NCBI GenBank assembly: GCA_036676805.1
Contig: JAKFCD010000004.1
Span: 17,687 to 81,686 of the forward strand
Direction of reading: 5' to 3'
DNA from: Elusimicrobiota bacterium
GTDB lineage: Bacteria; Elusimicrobiota; Elusimicrobia; UBA1565; UBA9628
DNA length: 64,000 nt
Each line of letters begins with the position of its first letter. The first letter of the stretch is position 1. The notes under the pieces are model-generated. The model saw nothing but the letters and a program-made list of their open reading frames with translations. It did no database searches and was not told the DNA's origin. Position numbers and translations under genes: made by a program. Positions 41,908-51,032 of this stretch are shown here, in pieces.

Positions 41908-42380
41908 TGATCTCCACGACCAAGATCCTGCCGCTCAAGAAGCTCGCGACCATGCGCGAGCTGTGGCGCTGGGAAGGCCGCGCCGTCGTCTTCACCAACG
42001 GCGTCTTCGATATCCTGCACGCCGGCCACGTGAAGGTGCTCGAGAAGGCCAAGGCGCAGGGCGACCTGCTCGTCGTCGGCGTCAACTCCGACCGCTCCGC
42101 GCGCGCTCTCGACAAGGCCCCCGGCAGGCCTATAAACGCGTGGCGCGACCGCGCCCTCGTGATCGCCGCGCTCGGCTGCGTCGACGCCGTGGTCAAGTTC
42201 GACGAGCCCACCCCGGAGAAGCTGATGGCCCGCCTCAAGCCCGACGTCCAGGTCAAGGGCGGCGACTACAAGCCCTCCGACCTGCCCGAGGCCAGGCACG
42301 CCGGCAAGGTCGTCATCGTGCCGCTCAGGAAGGGCTATTCGACGACGGGCCTCATCAAGCGCCTTCAGGGAAGACGCTAG
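41907..42380 (+). CDS. D-glycero-beta-D-manno-heptose 1-phosphate adenylyltransferase (RfaE/HldE domain II, cytidylyltransferase-like)
   Basis: 157 aa from MISTTKILPL. The HxGH motif reads FTNGVFDILHAGH. TGATG overlap with gmhA. Confidence 0.8.
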   Translation: MISTTKILPLKKLATMRELWRWEGRAVVFTNGVFDILHAGHVKVLEKAKAQGDLLVVGVNSDRSARALDKAPGRPINAWRDRALVIAALGCVDAVVKFDEPTPEKLMARLKPDVQVKGGDYKPSDLPEARHAGKVVIVPLRKGYSTTGLIKRLQGRR

Positions 42381-43119
42381 CTCTCCCGGCAAGACGCTCC
42401 CAGCCGCGCGCGAGGAGAGGATCCCCGGGGTGCAGCGCGCGCGCCATGCGCAGGACCTCGGCGCCCGCCGTTCGCATTCCCTTGAGGTCCAGCGTCATGG
42501 CCAGGTTGCAGTGCACGAGGCTGTTGCGGGGATTGATGCGCAGGGCGGCCATGAAGCAAAGGACGGCCTCGTCCAGGCGTCCGGCCGCACAAAGGGCGGT
42601 CCCGCAGTCGTTCTCAAGGGCGCAGGAAGGAGCGAGCTCCCGCGCCCTGCGCATCGCGGGATCGGCCAGATCGTAGCCGGCGGCGCGCCACGACTGATGC
42701 CACGCCTCACCGTCGTCAGGATCGAGGGCGACGGCGATCAGCGCCTCCCGCTTGGCCCGCTCGCGATCGCCCTTGGCGCCGCGCCGGATCGAGAGCGAGA
42801 AGGCGCGATGGGCGTCCGCCCTCTCCGGCGCCAGCCTCAGAGCCTGGGAGGCGAGCGAGTAGGCCGCGTCATAGTAGCCGAGGCATTCCTGGCCGGCCGC
42901 CTCCCGGCGGAAGCCCCAAAAGGAATACGTCTCCGCCAGGGCGGCGAGAGCCGGGGCGGAACGGGGCGCGTGCGTCAATATCCGCCGGAAACGCTCGGCG
43001 GCGCGCTCGTAGCCTTCGAGGTCGAAAAGGCGCATGAGCCCGCGCGCCTCGAGGAACAAGGACTCGAGGCGCGGAGGCGGAAGGACGGAAGCGGCTCTCG
43101 GCGGACACGCGATCAGCAT
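42355..43119 (-). CDS. TPR-repeat protein
   Basis: 254 aa with TPR-like repeats. Its 3' end converges on the rfaE-II gene and overlaps it by about 26 nt. The true start may be the internal Met (MRLFDLEGYERAAERF). Confidence 0.5.
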   Translation of the reverse strand: MLIACPPRAASVLPPPRLESLFLEARGLMRLFDLEGYERAAERFRRILTHAPRSAPALAALAETYSFWGFRREAAGQECLGYYDAAYSLASQALRLAPERADAHRAFSLSIRRGAKGDRERAKREALIAVALDPDDGEAWHQSWRAAGYDLADPAMRRARELAPSCALENDCGTALCAAGRLDEAVLCFMAALRINPRNSLVHCNLAMTLDLKGMRTAGAEVLRMARALHPGDPLLARGWERLAGRASVFPEGA

Positions 43120-43121
43120 GA

Positions 43122-44945
43122 CTAAGCCGACAGGACGATCTTGAGCGCTTCGCTCAGCGAAGTCTCCCCGGAGGCCGCCAGGTTCAGCGCGGCTTGACGC
43201 AGGCTCGTCATTCCCTCCCGTGCCGCGAGCTCCGTCATCGACTCCCCGCCGTCCGACGACAGGACCAGCTGGCGCATGGCGGACGTGCCGATGGGCATCG
43301 TCTCGAAGATGGGCCGGCGCCCGGCATAGCCGGTCTGCCCGCAGTCGGCGCAGCCGACCCCCCGGTAGATCTCACGCAAGGACGCGAGTTCCGCCTCGGC
43401 CAGAACCCGTTTCTCCGCCTCGGAGAGAGGGACCTGGATCTTGCATTTCGGGCACAGCCGCTTGAGCAGCCGCAGGGCGATCACCAGCCTGAGGCTGGCC
43501 GCCGCGAGATAAGGCTTGATTCCCATCTGCGTCAGGCGGGTGATGGCGGCGGGAGCGCTGTTCGTGTGCAAGGTGGAGAGAACGAGATGCCCCGTGATCG
43601 AGGCCTTCACCGCGATCTCGGCGGTTTCCAGGTCCCGGATCTCGCCGATGAGCATGATGTCGGGGTCCTGGCGCAGCAGGGAGCGCAGCACCGCCTCGAA
43701 GGTCAGGCCGATCGCCGGCTTGACGTGCACCTGCGTGATTCCCGGTATCTGATACTCGATCGGATCCTCGGCCGTCATGATGTTGACGTCGGGCTTGTTG
43801 AGCATGGCGATCATGGAGTAGAGAGTGGTCGTCTTCCCGCTGCCCGTCGGCCCGGTGACCAGGATCAGGCCGTTTTGGGATTGGACGGCTTTCTCGACGC
43901 AATCGAGATCCCGGGGATTGAAGCCGACCTCGGACAGCGCCGTCTTCGAGCCCGCCCCCAGAACGCGCATCACGATCTTCTCGCCGTGCATGCTGGGCAG
44001 GAAGCTGACCCGGAACTCGATCTTCCGGCCATGCGCCGTTATCCGGAATTGGCCGTCCTGGGGCCTTCGCCGCTCCGTGATGATCAGGTTCGAGATGATC
44101 TTGATGCGGGCGCTCAATCTGGCGCCGAGGGAGGAGGGCAGCGCGCACAGCGGATTGAGCGCGCCGTTGAGGCGCACGCGCACCTTGATCTCATTCTCCT
44201 GCGGTTCGACGTGAATGTCGCTGGCGCCCAATTCGACCGCGCTCAGCAGAATCCGGTTCACGCAGTTGATCAACGGCGAATCGTGGACGCGGACCTCCAG
44301 GCTGGAACCCGCTTCCTCGTGCTCCTTCCCGCCCGGCTCGGCCAGGTCCCCCTCCGCCGCCTGCAGCCCCTTCAAGGAATCATGTTTCGAGCCGCCCGTC
44401 CCCGTCCCCGACCCCGGCCTCGGATCCAGGACGATCTCGTGCCGGCCGGCCGGCTCGTCGAGCGCGAGTCCCAGCACGCCGCGGACGGCCTCGAGCACTC
44501 GGAACCCCGGCACCGGCTTTTCCAGGAAGGCGGAGACGTGCAGCGGGAGCTCCTTCATGGCGCCGCGGCTGCCTTTTCCCGCGATCATGATGACCGGCAC
44601 CTTGCGCAGGTCGAAATCGCCGCGCAGCTGCAGAAGGAGCTCGTAGCCGTTCATCATGGGCAGGTCGAAATCCAGCAGAACGAGGTCGGGACGGTCCGCG
44701 AGAGCCCGCCGCAGGCCCTCGGCGCCGTCGAACGCCTCGACGACCTCATACCCGTTTTCCACGAGCAGGCGGCAAACGACGGAGCGATAGTCCTGGCTGT
44801 CGTCGACCACCAGCACCTTCGGAGGCTTGGGGCCTCGCCCCGCGGGCTCGGAAGAGGCGCCGCCCTTGAGCAGGGAGTCGAGTTCGGCCAGCAGCAACTC
44901 GGCGCGGATCGGAGCGGCGTGCGTCGTCGGGAGCGATGTGGACAT
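43122..44945 (-). CDS. Response-regulator receiver domain fused to a GspE/PilB-family secretion ATPase
   Basis: 607 aa from MSTSLPTTHAAP. REC: VLVVDDSQ...LLDFDLPMMNG. ATPase: Walker A GPTGSGKTT, Walker B DIMLIGEIRD, His box GHLVLSTLHTN, and a tetracysteine motif CPKCK...CADCGQTGY. Confidence 0.85.
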   Translation of the reverse strand: MSTSLPTTHAAPIRAELLLAELDSLLKGGASSEPAGRGPKPPKVLVVDDSQDYRSVVCRLLVENGYEVVEAFDGAEGLRRALADRPDLVLLDFDLPMMNGYELLLQLRGDFDLRKVPVIMIAGKGSRGAMKELPLHVSAFLEKPVPGFRVLEAVRGVLGLALDEPAGRHEIVLDPRPGSGTGTGGSKHDSLKGLQAAEGDLAEPGGKEHEEAGSSLEVRVHDSPLINCVNRILLSAVELGASDIHVEPQENEIKVRVRLNGALNPLCALPSSLGARLSARIKIISNLIITERRRPQDGQFRITAHGRKIEFRVSFLPSMHGEKIVMRVLGAGSKTALSEVGFNPRDLDCVEKAVQSQNGLILVTGPTGSGKTTTLYSMIAMLNKPDVNIMTAEDPIEYQIPGITQVHVKPAIGLTFEAVLRSLLRQDPDIMLIGEIRDLETAEIAVKASITGHLVLSTLHTNSAPAAITRLTQMGIKPYLAAASLRLVIALRLLKRLCPKCKIQVPLSEAEKRVLAEAELASLREIYRGVGCADCGQTGYAGRRPIFETMPIGTSAMRQLVLSSDGGESMTELAAREGMTSLRQAALNLAASGETSLSEALKIVLSA

Positions 44946-45051
44946 GTCGGGTCGGCGGGCGTCTCGAAATCGTTTCAAGAGTATAGCCGCGAAGCGACCC
45001 GGAGCGAATAGAAGGCCCGCAACGAATTTATGTCGGCCCCGTGACACGGGG

Positions 45052-45079
45052 AAAAAATGCCCCCGCCTTTCGGCGAGGG
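45052..45079 (-). terminator. Intrinsic terminator for the 45100-45582 gene. On the minus strand it reads CCCUCGCC-GAAA-GGCGGGGG followed by CAUUUUUU.
   Basis: The plus strand reads aaaaaatgcccccgcctttcggcgaggg. There is an 8-bp stem (one G-U pair), a GAAA loop and a U6 tract. Confidence 0.55.
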
Positions 45080-45099
45080 AAATTTTCAGAGCGTCCGAT

Positions 45100-45582
45100 T
45101 CAAGGCTGCTCGGCTTCCGCGACCTTCTCGCCGCCTTTCTCGGCGATCATGACCTTCGCGCCCTCGATGGCCTTGTCGACGTCCTCGGCCCGGTGCTTGG
45201 GGTGCGCGGTCTTGAACTTCTCGAGGGCCTTGAGGCCGTCCGCGGCCTGGCCCTTGCCGAGCAGATCGACGGCGGCCTCGAGCTCGAGGTCATAGGCCAT
45301 CTCCCGCTTGACCCGGGCGTTGCGGAAGTCTCCCATCAGGCCGGGCTCGTTGGGATCGGCGATGTTTTTCTTGCCCTGCTCCGAGCCGCGCACGGCCGCG
45401 ACGCCCTGGGCGCCCCGGCCCTTCTTGCGCTGCCCCCCGACGGCCGACTGGGCGAGAGAGTTCTTGAAGTTCTTCAAGAAGTTCGCCCAGCTCGACTTGG
45501 CGGGGGCCGCCGCGGGCTTGTCCTCCGCCCGCGCGGGAACCGAGAGCATCGCGGCAAGAACGGCGATGAAAGTCAGCTTCAT
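45100..45582 (-). CDS. Small secreted hypothetical protein
   Basis: 160 aa with the signal peptide MKLTFIAVLAAMLSVPARAED. It is Lys/Ala/Glu-rich and has no recognised domain. Confidence 0.5.
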   Translation of the reverse strand: MKLTFIAVLAAMLSVPARAEDKPAAAPAKSSWANFLKNFKNSLAQSAVGGQRKKGRGAQGVAAVRGSEQGKKNIADPNEPGLMGDFRNARVKREMAYDLELEAAVDLLGKGQAADGLKALEKFKTAHPKHRAEDVDKAIEGAKVMIAEKGGEKVAEAEQP

Positions 45583-45599
45583 GTTTTCCTCCTCCTAAA

Positions 45600-48500
45600 T
45601 CAGCTTCCCTTGATGAGGCTGTCGACGGCCGGCTTGAAGCCCGGGGCGAGCTCCACGGCCTTCTCGCCCATCGCTCTCGCCTTGTCGGCCTTATTGAGGC
45701 GCAGCGAGGTCTTGACGAGGTTCAGCCAGATGGTAGGGTCGTTGGGCTCGGCGTCCGCGGCCTGGGTGAAGCGCCGCTCCGCCTCGACGTTGTCGCCCTC
45801 GAGGAAGGCCACGCTGCCGAGGTTGTTGAGCGCCGCGGCGTTCGACGGGTCGAGGGCGAGGACCTTGTTGAACTCGGTCAGAGCCGCCTCGCGGTTGCCG
45901 AACTGGTACTCGATGATCCCGAGCTGAAGCTGGGCGTCGGCGTCCTTGCCGTTGCGCCTGATGTCGGCCTGATATTCCTTCTTGAGAAACTGATACCGGT
46001 CCTTGGCGAGCACGTTGACCTGATCGTCGTAGCGGCGCTCGAGCGCGGCGCTCTCGGGGAACTTCGGGCTGAAGTCGGTCGGAGGCATCGTGACCGGCTC
46101 GTAGGTGCTCCAGGCCTTGTGCAGCGCGTACACCTTCACGCGGCCCTTATCGGCCTCGGTCTTATACGCGTACGCGGCCTTCGAGACCGCGTCGATGAAC
46201 GGCTTGCCGATGAAGGTCACCTCGATCGGGACCCACATCGTGCCCTCGTGCTCGATGAGCAGTTCGGCGGGCATGCCCGCCTCGTAGGCGTCCTCGGCCT
46301 CGGTGTCGAACATCATCGTCATGTGTCCGGGATAGTCGAGGATCGCCACGCGGACCTCGCTGTCCTCCAGCATCGCGCCGTAGAGCGAGGTCAGGTCGGA
46401 GCACTGCCCGGCCTTGCTGCGCAGGGTCTCGCGCGGGAACTGCGTGTAGTCGACCGGGAAGTTGGGGTCGTCGTGCGCGGCGGCGAACGGATTGGCCGGA
46501 TTGGCGACGAACTTGATGCCGTACTCGGACAGCGCGTTCCAGATGCGCATCGCCTTGACCGCCGGCTCGTTGAGCGCGCCGGCCTTGCGGTTCTTGAACT
46601 CGAGCGTCGAGACGGAGCGCACGAAGTCGCGCACCGGCGGGTCCTTGCGCGTCACGAAGTTCGCGATGCGCCGCGGGTCCTGCCAGGTGATCGCGTTGCG
46701 GGAGTACAGCCTCAGCGGCTTGGTGATCGAGACCGTCTGCTGCTTGCCGCTCTCGAAGTAGGTCATCGTGAACTCGGCCTGGATCGGCGTGTCCTCGCTG
46801 ACCTCGAGCACCCTGTTGTTCAGCGTCGCGATCAACGGAATCTCGACGGTCTGCTTCGGATCGAGCCGCTTGATCTCGGTGTCGAAGCCGAAGTCCATGT
46901 AGTCCTTGAGCTTGAAGGTCAGCTTCACGTTCTGAAAGGACACGTTGACGTTGTTGGTCAGCACGGCCGTGCCCATCGGGTTGCGCAGGTACCACTTGTA
47001 GTTCGCCGCGAAGATGTCTCCGAGCGTGATCGTCGAGATCTCGACGGGCGACCGGTTGAAGGAGCCGGCGACGAACACGTCGATCGGCCGGCCCGCGGGG
47101 CCCACGTCCGAGGTCTTCGCCTTGGTGGCGATGCGATACCAGTACTTCTCGTAAGGGGTCACGTCGGAGTCCTCGAACTTCTCCTTCTTCGTCTCCCCCG
47201 CCGCCGCCCAGGGGCCGAAGGGCCCGGTCGCGCGCGAGACGACGTAGCCGCCGGTCCAGGGATCGGCGACGGGCTCCCACGCGAGCGTGACGATCCCGTC
47301 CTTCGTCGAGCTGGAGACCGCGGCCGGCGAGGTGAGCATCGGGTGCAGGTCGTAGCTGACGAGGCGGCCCTTGCCCTTGTCGGCGATCACGAGCTTGTCG
47401 CCCTGGACGGATACGGCGATCGGCTCGAGCAGCTCGCGCTCCTGCTTGCCGCCCGCGAAGAAGTCGGCGAGCCAGTGGCCGTCCTTGGTGTGGACGCTGA
47501 CGCGCCGCAGCTCGGAGTCCAGGGTGTAGAGGTAGTTCTGGCCGTCGAAGGCGATCGAGACGGGCGACTTGAACTCGCCGGGGCCGTCGCCGTCGGCTCC
47601 CCAGGAGGCGATGTAGGCGCCGGAGGGCTCGCACTTGAAGACGCGCTTGAGGCCCTTGTCGACGAAGTAGACGAAACCGGCGTCGTCCCAGGCGACCGCC
47701 ACGGGCTCGAGAAGCATGTACGAGCCCACCTTGGGCCCGAAGCCGAACAGGAACACGCCCTCGGGGCTGAACGCGTCGATGCGCTGGTTTCCGGTGTCGG
47801 CCACGTAGACGACGCCCTGGCCGTTGATCGCGACGCCGTGGGGGTTCTTCATGCGCCCCTCGCGCTTCTTGGAATCAAAGAAGCCCTGGGCTTCCCCTAC
47901 GTTGGACTTCCACTTGCCGTCGAGGCCGAACTGCTGGAGCCGGTGGTTCGGCAGGTCGGTCACGTACAGGCCCTCGACCTTGTCCGACTTCACCGCCGCC
48001 ATCCCGCCGACGCCGCGGGTGACCTCTCCGCCCTTGCCCTTCGAGGAGCCGAAGCGCTTCTTCTCCTTGCCCTTCTCGTCGATGAGCACGAACTGCATCT
48101 CCTTGGGCAGCCAGGCGTACAGATCGTCGCCGTGCGGCGCGAGGACCGAGGCCGAGTAGGGCCACGCCCGCGACGGACCGGAAACGGACATCTTGGTGCG
48201 CAGATTCAGCGGCAGGGGCTTGACCTTCAATTTATTGGTGAGCTCGACTCGGTGGATGCGGTTGTTGCCCGTATCAAGGACGATGAGGAGCCCGTCCGGC
48301 GTGATCGCGATGCCCTCGGCCTTGCGCATCTGGCCGACGCCGGTGCCCAGCGAGCCGAAGCGGCCCATGATGAAGCCCTCGCCGGACTGCTCGATGACCT
48401 TGCCGTTCTTGCCGTCGAGGACATACAGGAAGCCGTACTGGTCCGCGGTGAAGTCGTTGCCGAGCAGCGCGTACTCCTTGACGAACTTGGCCGCGGAGTC

Positions 48501-49103
48501 GAACTTCTGCATGCGCTCGTTGTTGCGGTCGAGGACGAAGACGTTGTCGGACTGGTCGACCGCGATGCGCGTCGGATGGTTCAGCAGGCCGGGCTCCTTC
48601 CCATAGCGCCCAAAAAGGAAAAGCAGGATGCCCTCCTCGGTGAAGACCTGGATGCGGTTGTTGCCGGTGTCGGAGACGTAGATGCGCCCGTCGGCGCCGA
48701 CGGCGACGGATTCGGGATTCTTGAGCTTGCCCGGTTCGGACCCTTTTTCTCCGAAGGCGTAGACAAAGTTGCCGTCGCGGTCGAATATCTCGACCCGGCT
48801 GTTGCCGGTGTCCGCGACGTATACCTTGCCGCTGGGACCGACGGCGACGCCTCGCGGCTCATCGAACGCGCCCGGCTGATTGCCGGAGCGGCCGACGGAC
48901 TTGATCAGCCGGCCGGTCGAGTCGTAAAGAAACAGGGAGTTCTTCTTCTCATCGACGACGTAGAGGCGATCGGCCGCGGCGGCCGCGGCGACGGGGCGGG
49001 CCATCTCATCGCCCTTGATGGGCTCGAGGAAGCGGATCGTGTCGTAGGCGCGCGCGGGAACGCAGAGCAGCAGCGCGAAGGCGAGCACCTTCATATAGTT
49101 CAT
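45600..49103 (-). CDS. Large secreted protein combining NHL-repeat regions, a transglutaminase-like cysteine-protease-fold domain and C-terminal TPR repeats
   Basis: 1167 aa with a signal peptide. NHL-type repeats are numerous (...YVADTGNSRVEIFD..., ...YVSDTGNNRIQVF..., ...YVADTGNQRIDAF...). A TGase-like Cys/His core is present (GQCSDLTSL...YPGHMTMMFD...WVPIEVT). ATGA overlap with gatB. Confidence 0.8.
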   Translation of the reverse strand: MNYMKVLAFALLLCVPARAYDTIRFLEPIKGDEMARPVAAAAAADRLYVVDEKKNSLFLYDSTGRLIKSVGRSGNQPGAFDEPRGVAVGPSGKVYVADTGNSRVEIFDRDGNFVYAFGEKGSEPGKLKNPESVAVGADGRIYVSDTGNNRIQVFTEEGILLFLFGRYGKEPGLLNHPTRIAVDQSDNVFVLDRNNERMQKFDSAAKFVKEYALLGNDFTADQYGFLYVLDGKNGKVIEQSGEGFIMGRFGSLGTGVGQMRKAEGIAITPDGLLIVLDTGNNRIHRVELTNKLKVKPLPLNLRTKMSVSGPSRAWPYSASVLAPHGDDLYAWLPKEMQFVLIDEKGKEKKRFGSSKGKGGEVTRGVGGMAAVKSDKVEGLYVTDLPNHRLQQFGLDGKWKSNVGEAQGFFDSKKREGRMKNPHGVAINGQGVVYVADTGNQRIDAFSPEGVFLFGFGPKVGSYMLLEPVAVAWDDAGFVYFVDKGLKRVFKCEPSGAYIASWGADGDGPGEFKSPVSIAFDGQNYLYTLDSELRRVSVHTKDGHWLADFFAGGKQERELLEPIAVSVQGDKLVIADKGKGRLVSYDLHPMLTSPAAVSSSTKDGIVTLAWEPVADPWTGGYVVSRATGPFGPWAAAGETKKEKFEDSDVTPYEKYWYRIATKAKTSDVGPAGRPIDVFVAGSFNRSPVEISTITLGDIFAANYKWYLRNPMGTAVLTNNVNVSFQNVKLTFKLKDYMDFGFDTEIKRLDPKQTVEIPLIATLNNRVLEVSEDTPIQAEFTMTYFESGKQQTVSITKPLRLYSRNAITWQDPRRIANFVTRKDPPVRDFVRSVSTLEFKNRKAGALNEPAVKAMRIWNALSEYGIKFVANPANPFAAAHDDPNFPVDYTQFPRETLRSKAGQCSDLTSLYGAMLEDSEVRVAILDYPGHMTMMFDTEAEDAYEAGMPAELLIEHEGTMWVPIEVTFIGKPFIDAVSKAAYAYKTEADKGRVKVYALHKAWSTYEPVTMPPTDFSPKFPESAALERRYDDQVNVLAKDRYQFLKKEYQADIRRNGKDADAQLQLGIIEYQFGNREAALTEFNKVLALDPSNAAALNNLGSVAFLEGDNVEAERRFTQAADAEPNDPTIWLNLVKTSLRLNKADKARAMGEKAVELAPGFKPAVDSLIKGS

Positions 49104-50551
49104 GCTTTGACGGCCTCCTTAATAAGCTTGTTGACGAGGGAGGGGTTCGCCTTGCCCTTCGAGAGCTTCATGACGCCGCCGACGATCGAGCCGATCGCGG
49201 CGTCCTTGCCTCCTTTCAGATCCGCGGCGGCCTTGGGATTGGCCGCGAGCGCCTGACGGACCCACTCCATGATCTGCTTGTCGTCGGACACCTGCGACAG
49301 GCCGAGCTCCTCGACGAGCGCCTTCGGCCCCTTTCCCGTCTCCCACATCTTGGCGAACACGTCCTTGGCGCCCTTGGAGGAGAGGGTCCCGCCGACGATG
49401 AGCCCGGCGAGCTCTCCCAGGTGCGCGGCGGCGACGGGAGAATCGGCGGCGGCCCTGCTCTCGGCGTTGAGACGTCCCAGCATTTCGGTGGTCAAAAGAT
49501 TGGACACGGTTTTAGCGGACCCGGGAGGAGCGGCCGCGACGGCCTTCTCGAAGTACTCGGAGAGAGCCCTGTCGCCCGTCAGAACCTCGGCGTCGTAGGA
49601 GGATAGCCCCAATTCCGCGGTAAGTCGAGCCCTTTTTTTCGCGGGAAGCTCCGGCAATTGGGCCCGGAGCTCCTCCACCCATTTCGGGTCCGCGACGAGC
49701 GGAACGAGGTCGGGATCGGGGAAATAGCGGTAATCGTGGGCGTCTTCCTTCGTGCGCATCGAGCGCCCGGCCTGCAAAACCGCGTCCCAAAGGCGGGTCT
49801 CCTGGACGATCTTCCCTCCGCTTTCGATGACTTCGACCTGGCGGCGGAACTCGGCGTCGATGGCGTCCTTGACGTTCTTGAACGAGTTCAGATTCTTGGT
49901 TTCGGTCCTGGTCCCGAACTCTTTTTGGCCGACAGGGCGCACCGAGACGTTCGCGTCGCAGCGCATCTCCCCCTTCTCCATGTCGCAGCGGGAGGCGCCG
50001 GTGAACTGGATGACCTCCTTGAGCGCGATGAGGTAGGCGTAGGCCTCCTCGGAGGAGCGGAGGTCCGGCTCGCTGACGATCTCGACGAGGGGCACTCCGG
50101 CGCGGTTGAGGTCCACGAGCGAGCCGTCGAGCTTGGAGCCGGCCAGCTCGTGCGTCAGCTTGCCGGCGTCCTCCTCCAGATGGATGCGCGTGATGCCGAC
50201 CGATTTTTCGGCGCCGTCGACCTTGATCAGAAGCTGGCCGTGCTCGGAGAAGGGCCGGTCGTACTGCGAGATTTGATAGGCCTTGGGCAGGTCCGGATAA
50301 AAATAATTCTTTCGCGCGAAGACCGACTGGTCCGCCAGCTTGCAGTCGAGCGCCATGGCCGCCTGGAAGGCGAGCTCGACGGCGCGGCGGTTGAGCACCG
50401 GAAGCACGCCCGGCTGGGCCGTGCACAGCGGGCAGATGCGGCTGTTCGGCGCCGAGCCGAAGCCGTCGGTGCCGCAGCCGCAGAACAGCTTGGTTTTGGT
50501 CGCCAGCTGGCAGTGGACCTCCAGGCCGACGATGAGCTCGTATTTATTCAC
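49100..50551 (-). CDS. gatB: Asp-tRNA(Asn)/Glu-tRNA(Gln) amidotransferase subunit B
   Basis: 483 aa (MNKYELIVGLEVHCQL...) with a GTG start. GatB/GatE catalytic and YqeY-like domains are present. Confidence 0.9.
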   Translation of the reverse strand: MNKYELIVGLEVHCQLATKTKLFCGCGTDGFGSAPNSRICPLCTAQPGVLPVLNRRAVELAFQAAMALDCKLADQSVFARKNYFYPDLPKAYQISQYDRPFSEHGQLLIKVDGAEKSVGITRIHLEEDAGKLTHELAGSKLDGSLVDLNRAGVPLVEIVSEPDLRSSEEAYAYLIALKEVIQFTGASRCDMEKGEMRCDANVSVRPVGQKEFGTRTETKNLNSFKNVKDAIDAEFRRQVEVIESGGKIVQETRLWDAVLQAGRSMRTKEDAHDYRYFPDPDLVPLVADPKWVEELRAQLPELPAKKRARLTAELGLSSYDAEVLTGDRALSEYFEKAVAAAPPGSAKTVSNLLTTEMLGRLNAESRAAADSPVAAAHLGELAGLIVGGTLSSKGAKDVFAKMWETGKGPKALVEELGLSQVSDDKQIMEWVRQALAANPKAAADLKGGKDAAIGSIVGGVMKLSKGKANPSLVNKLIKEAVKA

Positions 50552-50621
50552 GCGTTGTCCATTGTGATTGAAAAAAATCGATTGCGCCAGACCGAATCGG
50601 TTGCGGGGCTTGGGACTATGG

Positions 50622-51032
50622 TCACGCCTTCCTCAAGCAGCGGGCGATGAGCCTGAGGTCGCTCGGATAGGCGAGGCTTTTCGCCGCCGAACGCTTCGGC
50701 ACCCATTTCGTCTTCATGATCTCGACCGCGTCCGGACGCCCGGTCCTCACGAGCGGCGCCATCTTATACCAACGCACCTTTTTGGCCACCGGCCGGCCGT
50801 TGCGATTGAATCGATATCGGATCAGCGCCAACGGACCCGTACTCCGGCACTTCCAGCCGGTCTCTTCCTCGACTTCGCGCAAGGCCGCCTTCAACGGCGT
50901 TTCGCCTTTTTCCAAATGACCTTTGGGGAGGGTCCAGACGACCTTGCCTTGGAGGTTGGTCACCTTCACGAGCAAGATCTTGCCGTTCTTCTCGACGACC
51001 CCGCCGGCGGCGTATTCCTTGGCTTCCTTCAT
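50622..51032 (-). CDS. NUDIX hydrolase
   Basis: 136 aa from [13 protein letters not shown]. The Nudix box reads [26 protein letters not shown] overlap with the gatA stop. Confidence 0.75.
   Translation of the reverse strand: MKEAKEYAAGGVVEKNGKILLVKVTNLQGKVVWTLPKGHLEKGETPLKAALREVEEETGWKCRSTGPLALIRYRFNRNGRPVAKKVRWYKMAPLVRTGRPDAVEIMKTKWVPKRSAAKSLAYPSDLRLIARCLRKA

Noticed and set aside
45036-45050. Short hairpin ccccgtgacacgggg upstream of the REC-GspE gene
   Set aside because: It has a 1-3 nt loop and no U-tract in either orientation, so it is unlikely to be a terminator. It may simply be promoter-region secondary structure. The adjacent stem-loop at 45052-45079 is the better terminator candidate.
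46119-49256. 1045-aa + strand ORF antisense to the NHL/TGase/TPR giant
   Set aside because: Asp/Arg/Gly/Ala-rich nonsense. The minus-strand product has a signal peptide and NHL-type repeats.
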